Shown piece after piece: positions 49,622 through 61,073 of a DNA stretch of 64,000 nucleotides; within the stretch, counting starts at the first letter, position 1, and every line of letters starts with the position of its first letter. The stretch is taken from the IMG/VR virus record IMGVR_UViG_3300029094_000045; one strand, given 5' to 3'. Source of the stretch: a virus. Both the position numbers and the translations under genes were made by a program. Under the pieces are notes generated by a model that saw nothing but the letters and a program-made list of their open reading frames with translations, had not been told where the DNA came from and did no database searches.

Positions 49622-50725
49622 ATGAAGATTGTTGAAAGTTCTGGCCGTTTACATCTGTATGGCGATGACATGAAAGCATATGACCAGATTCCGGCTGGTA
49701 CATACGATATCTGCTTTTCCAAGATGACCGGTTTTTATCTGGTTCGTCGTCCTGACATGGCGGTTGATGAAAAGGTGTATGGTGTCGCCGGGGAAAAGGC
49801 TGCGAAGGTAATGAGCACGTTCAAGGTGTTTACCCGAAATCTTGGTGTAATCCTCAGCGGTGATAAGGGCATCGGTAAGTCTATGACTGCTAAAATGATT
49901 GCTAAGGCCGCTATTGATGAGGGCTATCCTGTTATTTTGGTGAGTGAATACGTCCCCGGTATTGCAAGTTTTATTGAGTCAATCACACAGGAAGTTATGA
50001 TTCTGTTTGACGAGTTTGATAAAACATTCCGTAAAACAGATGACGATACGCCACAGGATACTATGCTTAGTCTATTCGACGGCACTACCGCAGGCAAGAA
50101 ACTGTTTGTGGTCACGTGTAATGAACTGCGGAGCCTGAATGACTATCTGGTAAATCGTCCCGGTCGTTTTCATTATCACTTCAGATTTGATTATCCAAAG
50201 GCGGACGAAATTCGCACTTATCTACAAGACAAGCTCGACCCCAAGTATTATGGAGAAATCGAATCTGTTATTCAGTTTTCTTCTCGTGTCGCTCTGAATT
50301 ATGATTGCCTGCGTTCTATTGCATTTGAGTTGAACCTTGGCACTGCATTTAAGGATGCGATTTTGGATTTGAACATCGTCAATCTGGACGATTTGAGTTA
50401 CAAGATTACCGCAATAACTGAAAGCGGTAAAAGGGGCTCTACTACTGGCAGTTACGATCTCTTTAGCGAGGGCCAAGATTATTCCGATTATTTTACTCCG
50501 ATCGTCGGAAATGACAGTTTTAAAATTCGATTCAATACTAACGATATTGAGTTTGATCCCAAGACAAATAGGTGTCTGATCATGGGTGAAAATTTGGATG
50601 TTATAAATCCTTACGACAAGGATACTGAGTGGGAAAAGGAAGACTATGCAGCGTTCGAAAAGGAAACTATCAAATGTATTGTGTTTGAACGCCGCAGTGA
50701 CCGCAGTCTGCATTACGCAGTCTAA
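49622..50725 (+). CDS. AAA+ family ATPase
   Basis: Walker A GDKGIGKSMTAKMIA and Walker B VMILFDEFDK. Confidence 0.5.
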   Translation: MKIVESSGRLHLYGDDMKAYDQIPAGTYDICFSKMTGFYLVRRPDMAVDEKVYGVAGEKAAKVMSTFKVFTRNLGVILSGDKGIGKSMTAKMIAKAAIDEGYPVILVSEYVPGIASFIESITQEVMILFDEFDKTFRKTDDDTPQDTMLSLFDGTTAGKKLFVVTCNELRSLNDYLVNRPGRFHYHFRFDYPKADEIRTYLQDKLDPKYYGEIESVIQFSSRVALNYDCLRSIAFELNLGTAFKDAILDLNIVNLDDLSYKITAITESGKRGSTTGSYDLFSEGQDYSDYFTPIVGNDSFKIRFNTNDIEFDPKTNRCLIMGENLDVINPYDKDTEWEKEDYAAFEKETIKCIVFERRSDRSLHYAV

Positions 50726-50736
50726 GGAGGCCCAAT

Positions 50737-51564
50737 ATGGTCAAAGCAAATCATTATGAAATCAGTTCTTTCCCTGATGGCACCCCACTGATCAAGAAGG
50801 ATCTGACTATCAATTATCTCAATGTGATCAGTATCGTCTGGACATTTGAATCCATGGCCGAACTTCCCACGGTCATTATGATCGCAAAGGACGCAAGGGA
50901 TAATGGGGCAGAAGTCGAACTGTTTATGCCGTATATTCCGAACGCTCGTATGGATCGCGTTCATAGTGGCGAGGATGTGTTCACCCTCAAGTGGTTTGCA
51001 GAGGAGATCAATCGATGTGAATTCAGCCGCGTTGTTGTATTTGATCCTCACAGTGATGTGGCTCCGGCTCTGATTGATCGTTGTGAGGTACGAACTCCGA
51101 TTCGTGAGATCTGTCAGGCAATCGAAGAAAGCAAGCCTGATGTGATTTACTTCCCGGATGCCGGCGCAATGAAACGATACGAGGAAACTGTTCACTGGGC
51201 ACTCGATCGTGTCGGTTGTAAGGCTTATATCATTCACGGAGACAAGAAGCGTGAGTGGAAGACCGGAAAGATTCTCGGTTTGGATGTCACCGGTTATCCT
51301 CCCAAGGGCGGCAAAGTTCTGATGATTGATGACATTTGCTCTTACGGAGGCACCATGTTCTATTCGGCTGAAAAGCTGAAGATGTTGGACGTTGGAGATA
51401 TTGATATGTATGTCAGTCATTGTGAGAACAGTATTCTGGACAAGGAGCGCGGTCATCTGTTTGACGACCCGGAGCTGATTCACAAGGTATATACCACGGA
51501 CAGTATCTTCACTGGCCATCACGACAAGATTACTGTATTAGAGCATCATTGGGATGAGGACTGA
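50737..51564 (+). CDS. ribose-phosphate pyrophosphokinase (Prs) family enzyme; candidate ADP-ribose pyrophosphate synthetase (Adps) of an NAD+ reconstitution pathway
   Basis: Collinear with Prs: FMPYIPNARMDR (Prs IPYFGYARQDR), VVVFDPHSD (Prs TVDLHA), VIYFPDAGAMKRYEE, and the PRPP-binding loop VLMIDDICSYGGTM (Prs VLVDDMIDTGGTL). Confidence 0.6.
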   Translation: MVKANHYEISSFPDGTPLIKKDLTINYLNVISIVWTFESMAELPTVIMIAKDARDNGAEVELFMPYIPNARMDRVHSGEDVFTLKWFAEEINRCEFSRVVVFDPHSDVAPALIDRCEVRTPIREICQAIEESKPDVIYFPDAGAMKRYEETVHWALDRVGCKAYIIHGDKKREWKTGKILGLDVTGYPPKGGKVLMIDDICSYGGTMFYSAEKLKMLDVGDIDMYVSHCENSILDKERGHLFDDPELIHKVYTTDSIFTGHHDKITVLEHHWDED

Positions 51565-51824
51565 CATGAAGCATGCAAAAGGTGAAATCCTTAGTGCATA
51601 TCAGCGCTTAACGAAAAGTATCAAATATGGAGATGCATACTGGTCTGAAAAAGCAATGATAAGTGATGCTCTGAGTGATTACTTCAATCGGATAGAGAGC
51701 AAGAAAGTCGTAATCGATCCAAAATATAAAAGCTACAGATGTCCAAAGTGCAATACAGCATTAATTGGTCAATATGATCACTACTGCGGACAATGTGGTC
51801 AGAAATTGGACTGGAGGATTAAAA

Positions 51825-53303
51825 ATGATCAATATTAACCCAATGCTGCTGTGTGACTTCTACAAGACAACTCACAGTAAGCAGTTTCCGGCCGGCACCA
51901 CCAAGCTGGTCAGTTACTTTACTCCTCGTATGAGCCGTCTGGATGGCGTGGATGAAGTCGTCGTGTTCGGCATTCAGGCATTCTGCAAGGATTATCTGGT
52001 GCAGTATTTCAATGACAACTTCTTCGACGAACCAAAGTGTATTGTAATTCCTCAGTATAAGCGATATCTGGATGCGACCATTGGCAAGGATGCTTACGAT
52101 CTGAGCAAGATTGCAGCACTACATGATCTGGGATATCTTCCTGTTGAAATCAAGGCTCTGCCAGAAGGTACTCGTTGCCCGATCCATGTGCCGTTCCTTG
52201 AGATGAGCAATACGCACCCTGATTTCGCATGGGTTCCGCAGTTCCTCGAATCTTTTACGAGTTCTGAGCTGTGGCATCCGATGATTTCTGCAACGGTCGG
52301 AACTCTGTATCGCGATATCGTGGACAAGTATTACGATGAAACCGTTGAAGAGGGTGTGCCCCATGCTCGTGCTCTGGGTGATTTCAGCTTCCGCGGTCAG
52401 GAGTGTATGCAGTCGGCAGTTAAGTCAAGCGCCGGTTGGTGTCTGAGTTTTCTGAATACGGCTACTGTACCTGCGATTCCGTATCTGGAAGAAATGTATC
52501 GCTGCAATTGTGAAGAAGAGCCTGTTGCGTTTGGCGCTGTTAGCACAGAGCATAGTGTGATGTGTTCTAACTTCGCAGTCGATGGCGATGAGATCACTTT
52601 CATCCGCCGGGCGCTGACTGAGCTGTATCCGAATATGAGTTTCAGTATGGTGTCTGATTCCTATGATTACTGGAATCTGGTCGATAATATTCTGCCGCAG
52701 CTCAAGGATGAAATCATGGCGCATAATGGCACGCTGCTGATTCGTGGCGACTCTGGTGACCCGGTCGAAATCGTTACGCAGACCGTCTATCATCTGTGGG
52801 ACATCTTCGGCGGCACAGTCAATAGCAAGGGTTATAAGGTGCTCGACCCTCATGTAAAGGCTCTGTATGGAGACTCTATTACTGTGCAGCGCTGTGAAAA
52901 GATTTATGCCGAACTCAAAGCACACGGTTTCGCCTGCAACAATGTAAGTCTCGGCGTTGGTTCCTTCTCCATGCAGTGTATTGAACAGAATGGGCAGCTG
53001 AAACCGTTCACCCGTGATACGTTCGGCATGGCAGTCAAGGCAACTTATGGCGTGGTTAACGGCAAGGAGATCCAGATCTTCAAAGACCCAAAGACCGATA
53101 CCGATCACTTCAAGAAAAGTCTGAAGGGTATGTGCTATGTCACCAAGGATGATTCTGGGAAGCTGATTTGCACAGATGGTCTGATGAATCATGCCGCGCA
53201 TTCGGATGGGAATCTTCTGCAGACCGTATTCCGTAATGGCGCGATGATCAAGGAGTACAGTCTGAAGGAAGTCCGCGACCGACTGTGGAAAGGGAAGTTT
53301 TAA
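51825..53303 (+). CDS. nadV: nicotinamide phosphoribosyltransferase (Nampt/NadV) family enzyme; candidate NadV or nicotinamide-ADPR transferase (Namat)
   Basis: Family signatures LLCDFYKTTHSKQFP, PVEIKALPEG, GDFSFRGQE, VSDSYDYWN, IRGDSGDPVE, KGYKVLDPHVKALYGDSIT match the Nampt blocks NTDSYK.TH, IKAVPEG, GYRG, VSDSYD, IRPDSG, KGYK..P...GDG. Start taken at the ATG at 51825 after GGAGG. Confidence 0.7.
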   Translation: MININPMLLCDFYKTTHSKQFPAGTTKLVSYFTPRMSRLDGVDEVVVFGIQAFCKDYLVQYFNDNFFDEPKCIVIPQYKRYLDATIGKDAYDLSKIAALHDLGYLPVEIKALPEGTRCPIHVPFLEMSNTHPDFAWVPQFLESFTSSELWHPMISATVGTLYRDIVDKYYDETVEEGVPHARALGDFSFRGQECMQSAVKSSAGWCLSFLNTATVPAIPYLEEMYRCNCEEEPVAFGAVSTEHSVMCSNFAVDGDEITFIRRALTELYPNMSFSMVSDSYDYWNLVDNILPQLKDEIMAHNGTLLIRGDSGDPVEIVTQTVYHLWDIFGGTVNSKGYKVLDPHVKALYGDSITVQRCEKIYAELKAHGFACNNVSLGVGSFSMQCIEQNGQLKPFTRDTFGMAVKATYGVVNGKEIQIFKDPKTDTDHFKKSLKGMCYVTKDDSGKLICTDGLMNHAAHSDGNLLQTVFRNGAMIKEYSLKEVRDRLWKGKF

Positions 53304-53537
53304 TGATTCTCGAAATTAGTGCCGAAACGGCGTGTGAAATAATCAGCCATCCACTGGAATCGTCTTCTGATAGATTTTGGCTGCAAGAAAATGACCGTTA
53401 TGTTGGAATCGATAATTCTGAGCATTCGGCATGGGTCGAAGACTTCTCCACAAAAGAAGAATGCCTTAATTGGCTCGAAGAGAATCAAAAAGATGACAAG
53501 TAACCAACAGAGATGCTGTCGAATCGAAGGTGAAAAC

Positions 53538-54011
53538 ATGGCAGTTGTTATCAAAGAAGGCAACGTATTTGATTCTGACGCAGACATTATCTGTCATCAG
53601 GTGAATTGTCAGGGCGTCATGGGGTCAGGCGTTGCTAAAGAAGTTCGCGAGCGTTATCCAGAAGTATATGCTCAGTATAAGTATCTATGTGATATAAATA
53701 AGGGTTATCCTGCCGGATTACTGGGAAAGGCACAAATCGTTTCGACTGACAACGTATTTTCTCGATATATCGCCAATTGTTTTGGCCAGGATAAATACGG
53801 TTATGATGGCGCTCAGTATACTTCAGTTGGTGCATTGATGGAAGCCCTGATTTATGTTGCAGAGCAGGCAAGGCAGTTTAACTGGAAGGTCGCTATGCCG
53901 TATAAAATCGGATGTGTCCGTGGTGGGGCTGATTGGGATACGGTTAAGAAAATAATCGATGTCACGTTTCAGGGTGTCGATGTAGAACTGTGGAAACTGG
54001 AGGGTAAATAA
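53538..54011 (+). CDS. macro domain protein (ADP-ribose binding/processing)
   Basis: VIKEGNVFDSDADIICHQVNCQGVMGSGVAKEV matches the macro-domain N-terminal Gly-rich ADP-ribose pocket (Gx(I/V)xxxxxDAIVNAAN...GGGVA pattern). Confidence 0.55.
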   Translation: MAVVIKEGNVFDSDADIICHQVNCQGVMGSGVAKEVRERYPEVYAQYKYLCDINKGYPAGLLGKAQIVSTDNVFSRYIANCFGQDKYGYDGAQYTSVGALMEALIYVAEQARQFNWKVAMPYKIGCVRGGADWDTVKKIIDVTFQGVDVELWKLEGK

Positions 54012-54012
54012 T

Positions 54013-54771
54013 ATGCGTAAGTATGAATTTAATGCGGCAAAAACCAAGGATGAAATCGTCGAGTGGATTCGGAACTATTTCCGCAAGAATGGTCCTGATT
54101 GCAATGCAGTGATTGGTATCTCTGGCGGCAAGGATTCCAGTATTGTGGCTGCTCTGTGTGTGGAAGCTCTTGGTAAAGATCGAGTTATTGGTGTGCTGAT
54201 GCCGCAAGGCGTACAGGACGATATTGATGTGGCGCGAGATCTGGTCAAGTATCTGGGCATCAAGTCGTTCGAGATCAATATTGCTGAGACTGTGAACACG
54301 CTGCTGGCCAAGGGACGAATTGCCGGTCTATGCGATTCCAAGCAGGCTCGTGTGAATCTGCCGGCTCGAATCCGTATGGCGACTCTGTTCATGGTATCTC
54401 AGAGTATGAATGGACGAGTAAGCAATAACTGCAACGCTAGTGAGTCATATATTGGCTGGGCTACGATTGGTGGAGATGGGTTTGGCCAGTTTAGCCCTCT
54501 CGGTAAGCTGACCGTCACCGAAGTAAAGGCTGTTGGTCGTGAACTTGGTCTTCCGGAAAAGTTTATCGAGAAAGCACCTGCAGATGGACTGACTGGCAAA
54601 ACCGACGAGGACAATTTTGGCTTTACTTACGACTTCCTTGACAAGTATATCCGTACTGGAGATTTCGGCGGCGATAGCGCTACGGCCGCCAAGATTGATC
54701 GAATGCACTACGCAAACACATTCAAGCAGCTTCCGATGCCGACATATAGTTCAAACCCGATTGACTGGTGA
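54013..54771 (+). CDS. nadE: NH3-dependent NAD+ synthetase
   Basis: PP-loop VIGISGGKDSS (SGGxDS); ~250 aa; collinear with NadE. Confidence 0.6.
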   Translation: MRKYEFNAAKTKDEIVEWIRNYFRKNGPDCNAVIGISGGKDSSIVAALCVEALGKDRVIGVLMPQGVQDDIDVARDLVKYLGIKSFEINIAETVNTLLAKGRIAGLCDSKQARVNLPARIRMATLFMVSQSMNGRVSNNCNASESYIGWATIGGDGFGQFSPLGKLTVTEVKAVGRELGLPEKFIEKAPADGLTGKTDEDNFGFTYDFLDKYIRTGDFGGDSATAAKIDRMHYANTFKQLPMPTYSSNPIDW

Positions 54772-54792
54772 GGCTGATTAAGGAGAATCATA

Positions 54793-55365
54793 ATGGAAAA
54801 GACAAAGGTCGATGTCCTGATTGTTGTCGATATGCAGAACGATTTTGTAACCGGTTCACTGGGTACTCCTGAAGCTCAGGCCATTGTGCCAAAGGTCGTG
54901 GAGAAGATCAAGAACTGGAATGGTCCGGTATTCTACACGATGGACACTCATGATGAAGATTATCTTAATACTCAGGAGGGCAAACATCTTCCCATTATTC
55001 ATTGCGTTGAAGGAACAGACGGATGGAAGTTGATAAACGAAATCGGAGATGATTTTGTCGCAGACTACGAGCAGATCTATCATAAGAAAACGTTTGGTAG
55101 CTATGAGTTGTTCATTGATGCAACGTTAGACGACAATCAAAGAATCTATCAAACGTTGTTCCCTGTGAATGTTGGTTCCATTACTTTGATTGGGCTTTGC
55201 ACAGATATTTGTGTGATTACAAATGCGCTGCTTTTAAAGACGGCAAAGCCTGAAGTTCCTATCATTGTGGATGCAAGTTGCTGCGCCGGTGTTACTCCTG
55301 AGTCCCACAAGAATGCGTTGGCCGCCATGAAGATGTGTCAGATCGAGATTGTGAACGAGAGATAA
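54793..55365 (+). CDS. pncA: nicotinamidase / isochorismatase-family cysteine hydrolase
   Basis: VLIVVDMQNDF; catalytic Cys in LIGLCTDICV. Confidence 0.55.
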   Translation: MEKTKVDVLIVVDMQNDFVTGSLGTPEAQAIVPKVVEKIKNWNGPVFYTMDTHDEDYLNTQEGKHLPIIHCVEGTDGWKLINEIGDDFVADYEQIYHKKTFGSYELFIDATLDDNQRIYQTLFPVNVGSITLIGLCTDICVITNALLLKTAKPEVPIIVDASCCAGVTPESHKNALAAMKMCQIEIVNER

Positions 55366-57491
55366 AATTATGCCATATTGTGTTACGGTTGCGCTCGTTG
55401 GTCACATTTATGTCGATACGGATGATTCGGATGAGGCGGTGGAAATCGCAAATTCACATCCAGAAGATATTAAATGGTCTAAAAATTATACAGTTACGAA
55501 TTGTGTGGAGTCAGATTGAAATCATAAACGAGGAATAAAATGCACTACGTTAATGGAGATATTATTTTGGACGCTGATGAAGCGAGACGATTTCAGCATC
55601 TTCTAAGGCATCCAAACGTAGAGGAAGTACAAAGGAAGTTAAAGGCTTGTAACGATGCCCTCGCTGAAATGAATTATCGGGAGAACGAAGATGGGACTAC
55701 TTCTTTTGATATTGACATTGAGGTGTAAATCATGCGCTACAGAGTAGATGTGAAAGTCGAGGGATACATTCTGGTTGAAGCAAAAGATCCTTTTGAAGCT
55801 CATAAAATCGTAGACATGAATCAAGAAGACATCGTTTGGGATAACTGGATGACATATACAAGCTGTAAAAAGATTCAAGAAACCTAATATGGAAGAGATT
55901 ATTATTTTCGGTTAATGTCCGAATGCTAGGTAATTGGCGGTACTAGGGTAGACATAACCGCTACCAGAATGAAAATTGTAAGGAGGCTATCATATGATTC
56001 CAGTCATTGAAACCGACGCCAAGATTAAAATACCAGGTGGATATCTTGTATGCATTAAAACTGGAGCCGCAGACGATTACCCGGGCTTTGGTGTCTTTTA
56101 TTCTAAAGATGGGAAAACGGCTAATTGGGATGACCTGATTTCAATAACGGAACATAATTCTACGTTTGATAATATCCAAACGGTCGGTTATCGGCAGGGA
56201 CAAGAAAATTATGTCGCCGCTATTCGTTTTGAAGACGGAGATATTATTGAAAATTGAGGTGTAGATATGAAAAATCCATGCCAGTATTGCGTAGCACCAG
56301 AGCGTCACCCGGGTTGCCATGATCATTGTGAAAAGTTGAAAAGCTATCATGAGAGCGATGAATATAAAAAGTTATGTGACTACAAGGATACATATTTTAA
56401 GACCATTTCTGTAAGCTCTGTTGGAATCAATCGAAGAATGAGATATTTAGCCAAAAAAAGATGTAGTTTACATAGATACAAGTACGCTATGAAGTGAGGC
56501 ATATACAATGTGGGTTGTAATTGAAAATAAGTACGCTAAAGATAAGAAAATTGGTTACGCAGAACTTGAAACCATTGATAAAAATAATGGTGATGAATGG
56601 TTCTCTGTAATGTATCGAATCAATGAAGATAACGATCTTGATGTTTATGTACAGTACGAAATCGATGAAGATGAAATAGAAAAAATCATAAAAACTCTTG
56701 CAATTTATCTTGAAGATGAAGGACTTTGGGAGGACTGATTATGTGGGCCCTAAGAAAAGTTCATGCACTGCACGATGGTTGGGGCTGGGTCTGGAATGGA
56801 TCATTCCATCATAAGGACGTGTTCGTTGATAAAAACGAGAACCCAAAAGAAATCTTCTGGCAGGAATGTCAGATGTTTTTCTCAGGATTACTTAAGTAGG
56901 TGCGAGATTGTAGATGATGGCGATATTCTAGAACTTCAGCTAAAGGATTCCGGGGAACCGGTTCTCGCTATGACTATGTAAAGAGGAATGAATGTGGAAA
57001 AGTATATTTTGATCGCCGTTAACGAACGGAAAATTTTCGAACCTGATTATTTTGAAACTCTTGATGAGGCTCAAGCGGAGATGAGAAAACGTGTTGAGCA
57101 AATCGTGAGTCAATCTGGTGGAGAAACGAAAGTTGATTTTGAAATCAACAATGACAGTGCCTATGTGACAGCCGCTCATTTTGAGCTTGGCGATGGGAAT
57201 TGGGATTTTGCAATCTGCGAGGTGGTTGATACGAAATACCCTGAAAATATTAAAGACGCCATGTTTACTTCTGTGTGGGACGGTGGTTTTGAGATCACTG
57301 CGAAATGCAAGGTGAATACGGAAACAAAAGAGATTTTCGATATCGAAGTGTCGGAATCAAATGCAGACATGGTGGAACATCTTGACGAAGAATATGTTAC
57401 GATTGACGGCGTGGATTATTCAGCTGCAAATCATGATGACATCGATGAAGACGATAAAGAAACTTATTGGTATGAATAAGAGGTATACGAT

Positions 57492-58049
57492 ATGAAAGAA
57501 CATAATGTAGAGCAGCTCAAACTTGAAACACTTCAAATGATTGATAAATATTTCATGCCAACTAAAGCGGTTATCGTAAAAGATTTTCTTAATACATACG
57601 GATTCTGGGACGCCCCGGCTTCTACCAAATATCATGGAAACTATCCGGGTGGTCTGGCAGAGCACAGCCTGACGGTAGCAAAAAATCTACTGATGTTGAC
57701 GGAGAAATTGGATCTGAAGTGGGACAATCCCGGGTCTCCATTTGTTGTCGGTCTGTTGCACGATGTTTGTAAAATGGATCAGTATAAGCTGACTGATATA
57801 GAAAATGGGTATCAATATGCTTATAGGAATGATTCCATCTACAGTCACCATGGAGAAAAGTCCATTTGTATGTTGGCGAGTTGTGTTACCTTGACCCAAG
57901 AGGAAATCGCTTGTATTCGTTGGCACATGGGAGCTTATGAAACCGACACGAACGAGTGGAAATATTATGGCAACGCTATCCAAAAGTATCCTAATGTGCT
58001 CTGGACTCATACTGCTGACATGATGGCCAGCCATATTGATGGGGTGTAA
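57492..58049 (+). CDS. HD-domain phosphohydrolase
   Basis: KYHGNYPGGLAEHSL ... GLLHDVCK (H...H...HD). Confidence 0.5.
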   Translation: MKEHNVEQLKLETLQMIDKYFMPTKAVIVKDFLNTYGFWDAPASTKYHGNYPGGLAEHSLTVAKNLLMLTEKLDLKWDNPGSPFVVGLLHDVCKMDQYKLTDIENGYQYAYRNDSIYSHHGEKSICMLASCVTLTQEEIACIRWHMGAYETDTNEWKYYGNAIQKYPNVLWTHTADMMASHIDGV

Positions 58050-58666
58050 TATGGAGTATACGGTTTACGCAAAAGTGATTCGTTATTATGAAGAATATAT
58101 CAATGCCGATTCTAAAGAAGAAGCGGAGAAAATCGCATTGTCGATGTACGATGATAGCGCGATGGATAATTACGAAGACGAACTGATGTCGATTGAAGTC
58201 GAGGGAGAAAACGATGGATGATATCAATGATTTATATGATGTGATTCAGTCTGGACTAGCTCTTGCAGGACTGTCAATCGTAGATTTCGATAAAAACGGA
58301 ATGATTGTTCGCGATAAAATCAAGGACAATGATTATCGAATCAAAATTACAGAGGAGGTTAACTGATGAAGGTAAAAAGTACGACGGCAGATATTACATA
58401 CGAAATGACCGAAGATCAAATCGAGGCGGCTTATCGATATCAGGAAGAACATTATCGTGAAATGGATGCAAAACGTTTTATCGACGAACGTTTAGCGTGG
58501 CTTGACGATGATAAGGACGCATTTGAAAAGGAACACGGTGTTTCTTACGACGACGTTATTGAAGATGTTAACTATCTCGCCGGTCGTTTTATGGACGAGT
58601 TTGATTGCAATGTTCCTGAAAACGAAATTTGGGATGAAGTGCTCGGCGAATATTTTGGACCGGTGA

Positions 58667-58990
58667 TTGAAGAAGATGGCGAGTAAGTGGCAAAATATCC
58701 GTTTGTCTGAGCAGCAAGATCGTCGTATAAAATTGACTTCAGAGAAGAAATTAGAAATACTTCGCAAATATCAAACTGGAGGATATTCTCTTCGTGGTCT
58801 GGCAAAAGAATACAATGTGACCCATAAAACGATTTCGCTGATCGTTGATGTTAAAGCTAAGGCGAAAAGTGATGAGTATATACGGACCCATTGGATGAAT
58901 TATAAGAAAACAACCAAAGACCAAAGAGAAGCACATCGAAAAACGGTTGAGTATAAAAAGAGATTGTATGAGAAAGGAGAGTTAAAATAA
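58667..58990 (+). CDS. helix-turn-helix DNA-binding protein
   Basis: KKLEILRKYQTGGYSLRGLAKEYNVTHKTISLIVD is an HTH. Confidence 0.4.
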   Translation: MKKMASKWQNIRLSEQQDRRIKLTSEKKLEILRKYQTGGYSLRGLAKEYNVTHKTISLIVDVKAKAKSDEYIRTHWMNYKKTTKDQREAHRKTVEYKKRLYEKGELK

Positions 58991-59570
58991 TGGGACAGCG
59001 ACTGGTTATTACGATTCATGCTTTTAATGAAGATATCGCAACTATTTACTATCATTGGTCTGCGTACACTACAAGCGCTCTTCAGGAAGCAAGGGATATC
59101 ATCGACAAAGTAGACTGGTTTAATACCAGTGATAAAGACGAGCTTGTTCTTTGTATCACCAGATATCTTGAAAGCTGCGGCGGCGGAGTAGACATCCGTG
59201 ATCGGAAAGTGTTTGAAGAAAAATATCCGGGTGAGGAGTTTAGCAACGATGTCGAAAGAAGCTATGGATTGATTGCCATTTCAGAAGATTCTATGGCGCA
59301 GCAACAGAAATGGTCAGAAGGGGATCTAACAATTGATTTTGATGCGGAGAAAGTCTACAACGAAGTAATGTTTACATATGCTTCCGATAAAGAGTTCAAG
59401 CAGGGGCGGATTGATGCCGGGTTTGAAGATGACGACATTGATGTGAAAGGTATTAAAAAAATCCTGCTTGATCCAACTGAAGTACACTTCTTTGCGCTTG
59501 ATTCGACAATTAAGGCGCTGGACGGTTTGCAGTTCTGCCGCTACTTTGGTCAGGTTTATGAACTGATTAT

Positions 59571-60098
59571 TTGAGGTGGGTTATGATTACAATGTATCGC
59601 GGCAAATGGAAATTTTCTGTGATGAGCGCAGCCGAAGCAGAAGACTTTATCCGAGAATCGCACTTTGAACGAATTCGGTTTATCTCTATCACTGAGGCGA
59701 ATGGTTATCATATCGATTTTCAGAAATGCAAAGGCAATATCACGTTCTTGCCACTGAAGTTTGATGATTGCACTACTGATCTGGAGGGTACATGTATTAC
59801 TGAAGTTCAGGCTAAGAATATCGTGAAATTTGTCTTGGATAACCACGAAGCAGATAAGACCGATTGGTTCTGCGTGAATTGTACTGCCGGCGTATCGAGA
59901 TCCGCCGCTGTGTGCGCTGCTATCATGAGAATTCTGTGTAATGACGATATGCCGATATTCACCAACAGTCATTTTTGTCCGAATATGACAGTATACCGTG
60001 AAGTGCTGAATGCTTGGATCGATAAATTGTCGGATGGCGGCGAAAATATATCTCAAGAAATTTGGAATTCAACGAATCTGAATCTGATTGGAGAATAA
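59571..60098 (+). CDS. Cys-based (CX5R) protein phosphatase, dual-specificity type
   Basis: P-loop VNCTAGVSRSAAV (C-x5-R-S). Confidence 0.5.
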   Translation: MRWVMITMYRGKWKFSVMSAAEAEDFIRESHFERIRFISITEANGYHIDFQKCKGNITFLPLKFDDCTTDLEGTCITEVQAKNIVKFVLDNHEADKTDWFCVNCTAGVSRSAAVCAAIMRILCNDDMPIFTNSHFCPNMTVYREVLNAWIDKLSDGGENISQEIWNSTNLNLIGE

Positions 60099-61073
60099 AT
60101 ATGACACACGAATGGGTGGAACAGAAGAATAAAGAATATCATAAACAGTTTAAAGACTATCCACAGGCATTGGTAGATGAATGGAATCGAATTCCTGAAT
60201 GGGTTAAGAACATCATTGATCGTCGTGTTGTTGATGTCGAAATAAAACTGTTTGAGACGCTTGCAAAGCTTAACGAGGAACCAGATAGTTTCGATGTACA
60301 TAGATTGGTCGCAGAAACGGATAGTAGTTCCTTTTTTGTGAAATGGTATATTGATCATGATATCGAAAGGGGCGCAGATCCCGATGAAGAGCTGAAGAAA
60401 ATCTCGAAGGAATTTGAAAAACTGCGAGATATGGCAGAAAAATATGAAGAATTCTTAGAATATAAAGATCGTTATCTTGAAGCAGAAGATCGTATTATGG
60501 AGTTTGATGGGGATATTATCATTACAGATCCATGTTATCTGTCTCACAATATGTCAAATGACGAGCGGAGAAAATTTGAATGTTGCGATATCAGCAGTCA
60601 TGGCATCATTGGAATAGAGTCCAATACTTACTACGGTGATTGGGGTTGTACTACATTCGTGCCCGAAACGAAAGTTAAACTGGGCGAATTCTGCGCAGAT
60701 GCCGGTATGGTATGTGTGGCTGATTTGGCCTCCGTCTTAAAGTTTAATCCAAAATACAATGATCATCTTGAAAAGCCTTGGTGTGCAACTTGGATCAAAA
60801 ATTTCAAAGGCGTTGTTCGTATCGCTATTGATGAAAACAAAGAGCGCTGGCCGGCTTATATTGTTCATGTGGTAGGGTATGGTGTCAATAAAGAAACAGG
60901 AGAGACGATCGAATTTGATACGGTGCAAACAGGGTTATGATGAACTTTATTTTGAGATTATTATCTCGATTTGTTGATTTTTGTCTTGAGTGGGAATGGA
61001 TTATCCTTCCGTTATGGGCATTTTGCTTTATTGCTGTGATGTTAATAATCTCAAGTGTAAAGAGGTGGTAAAA

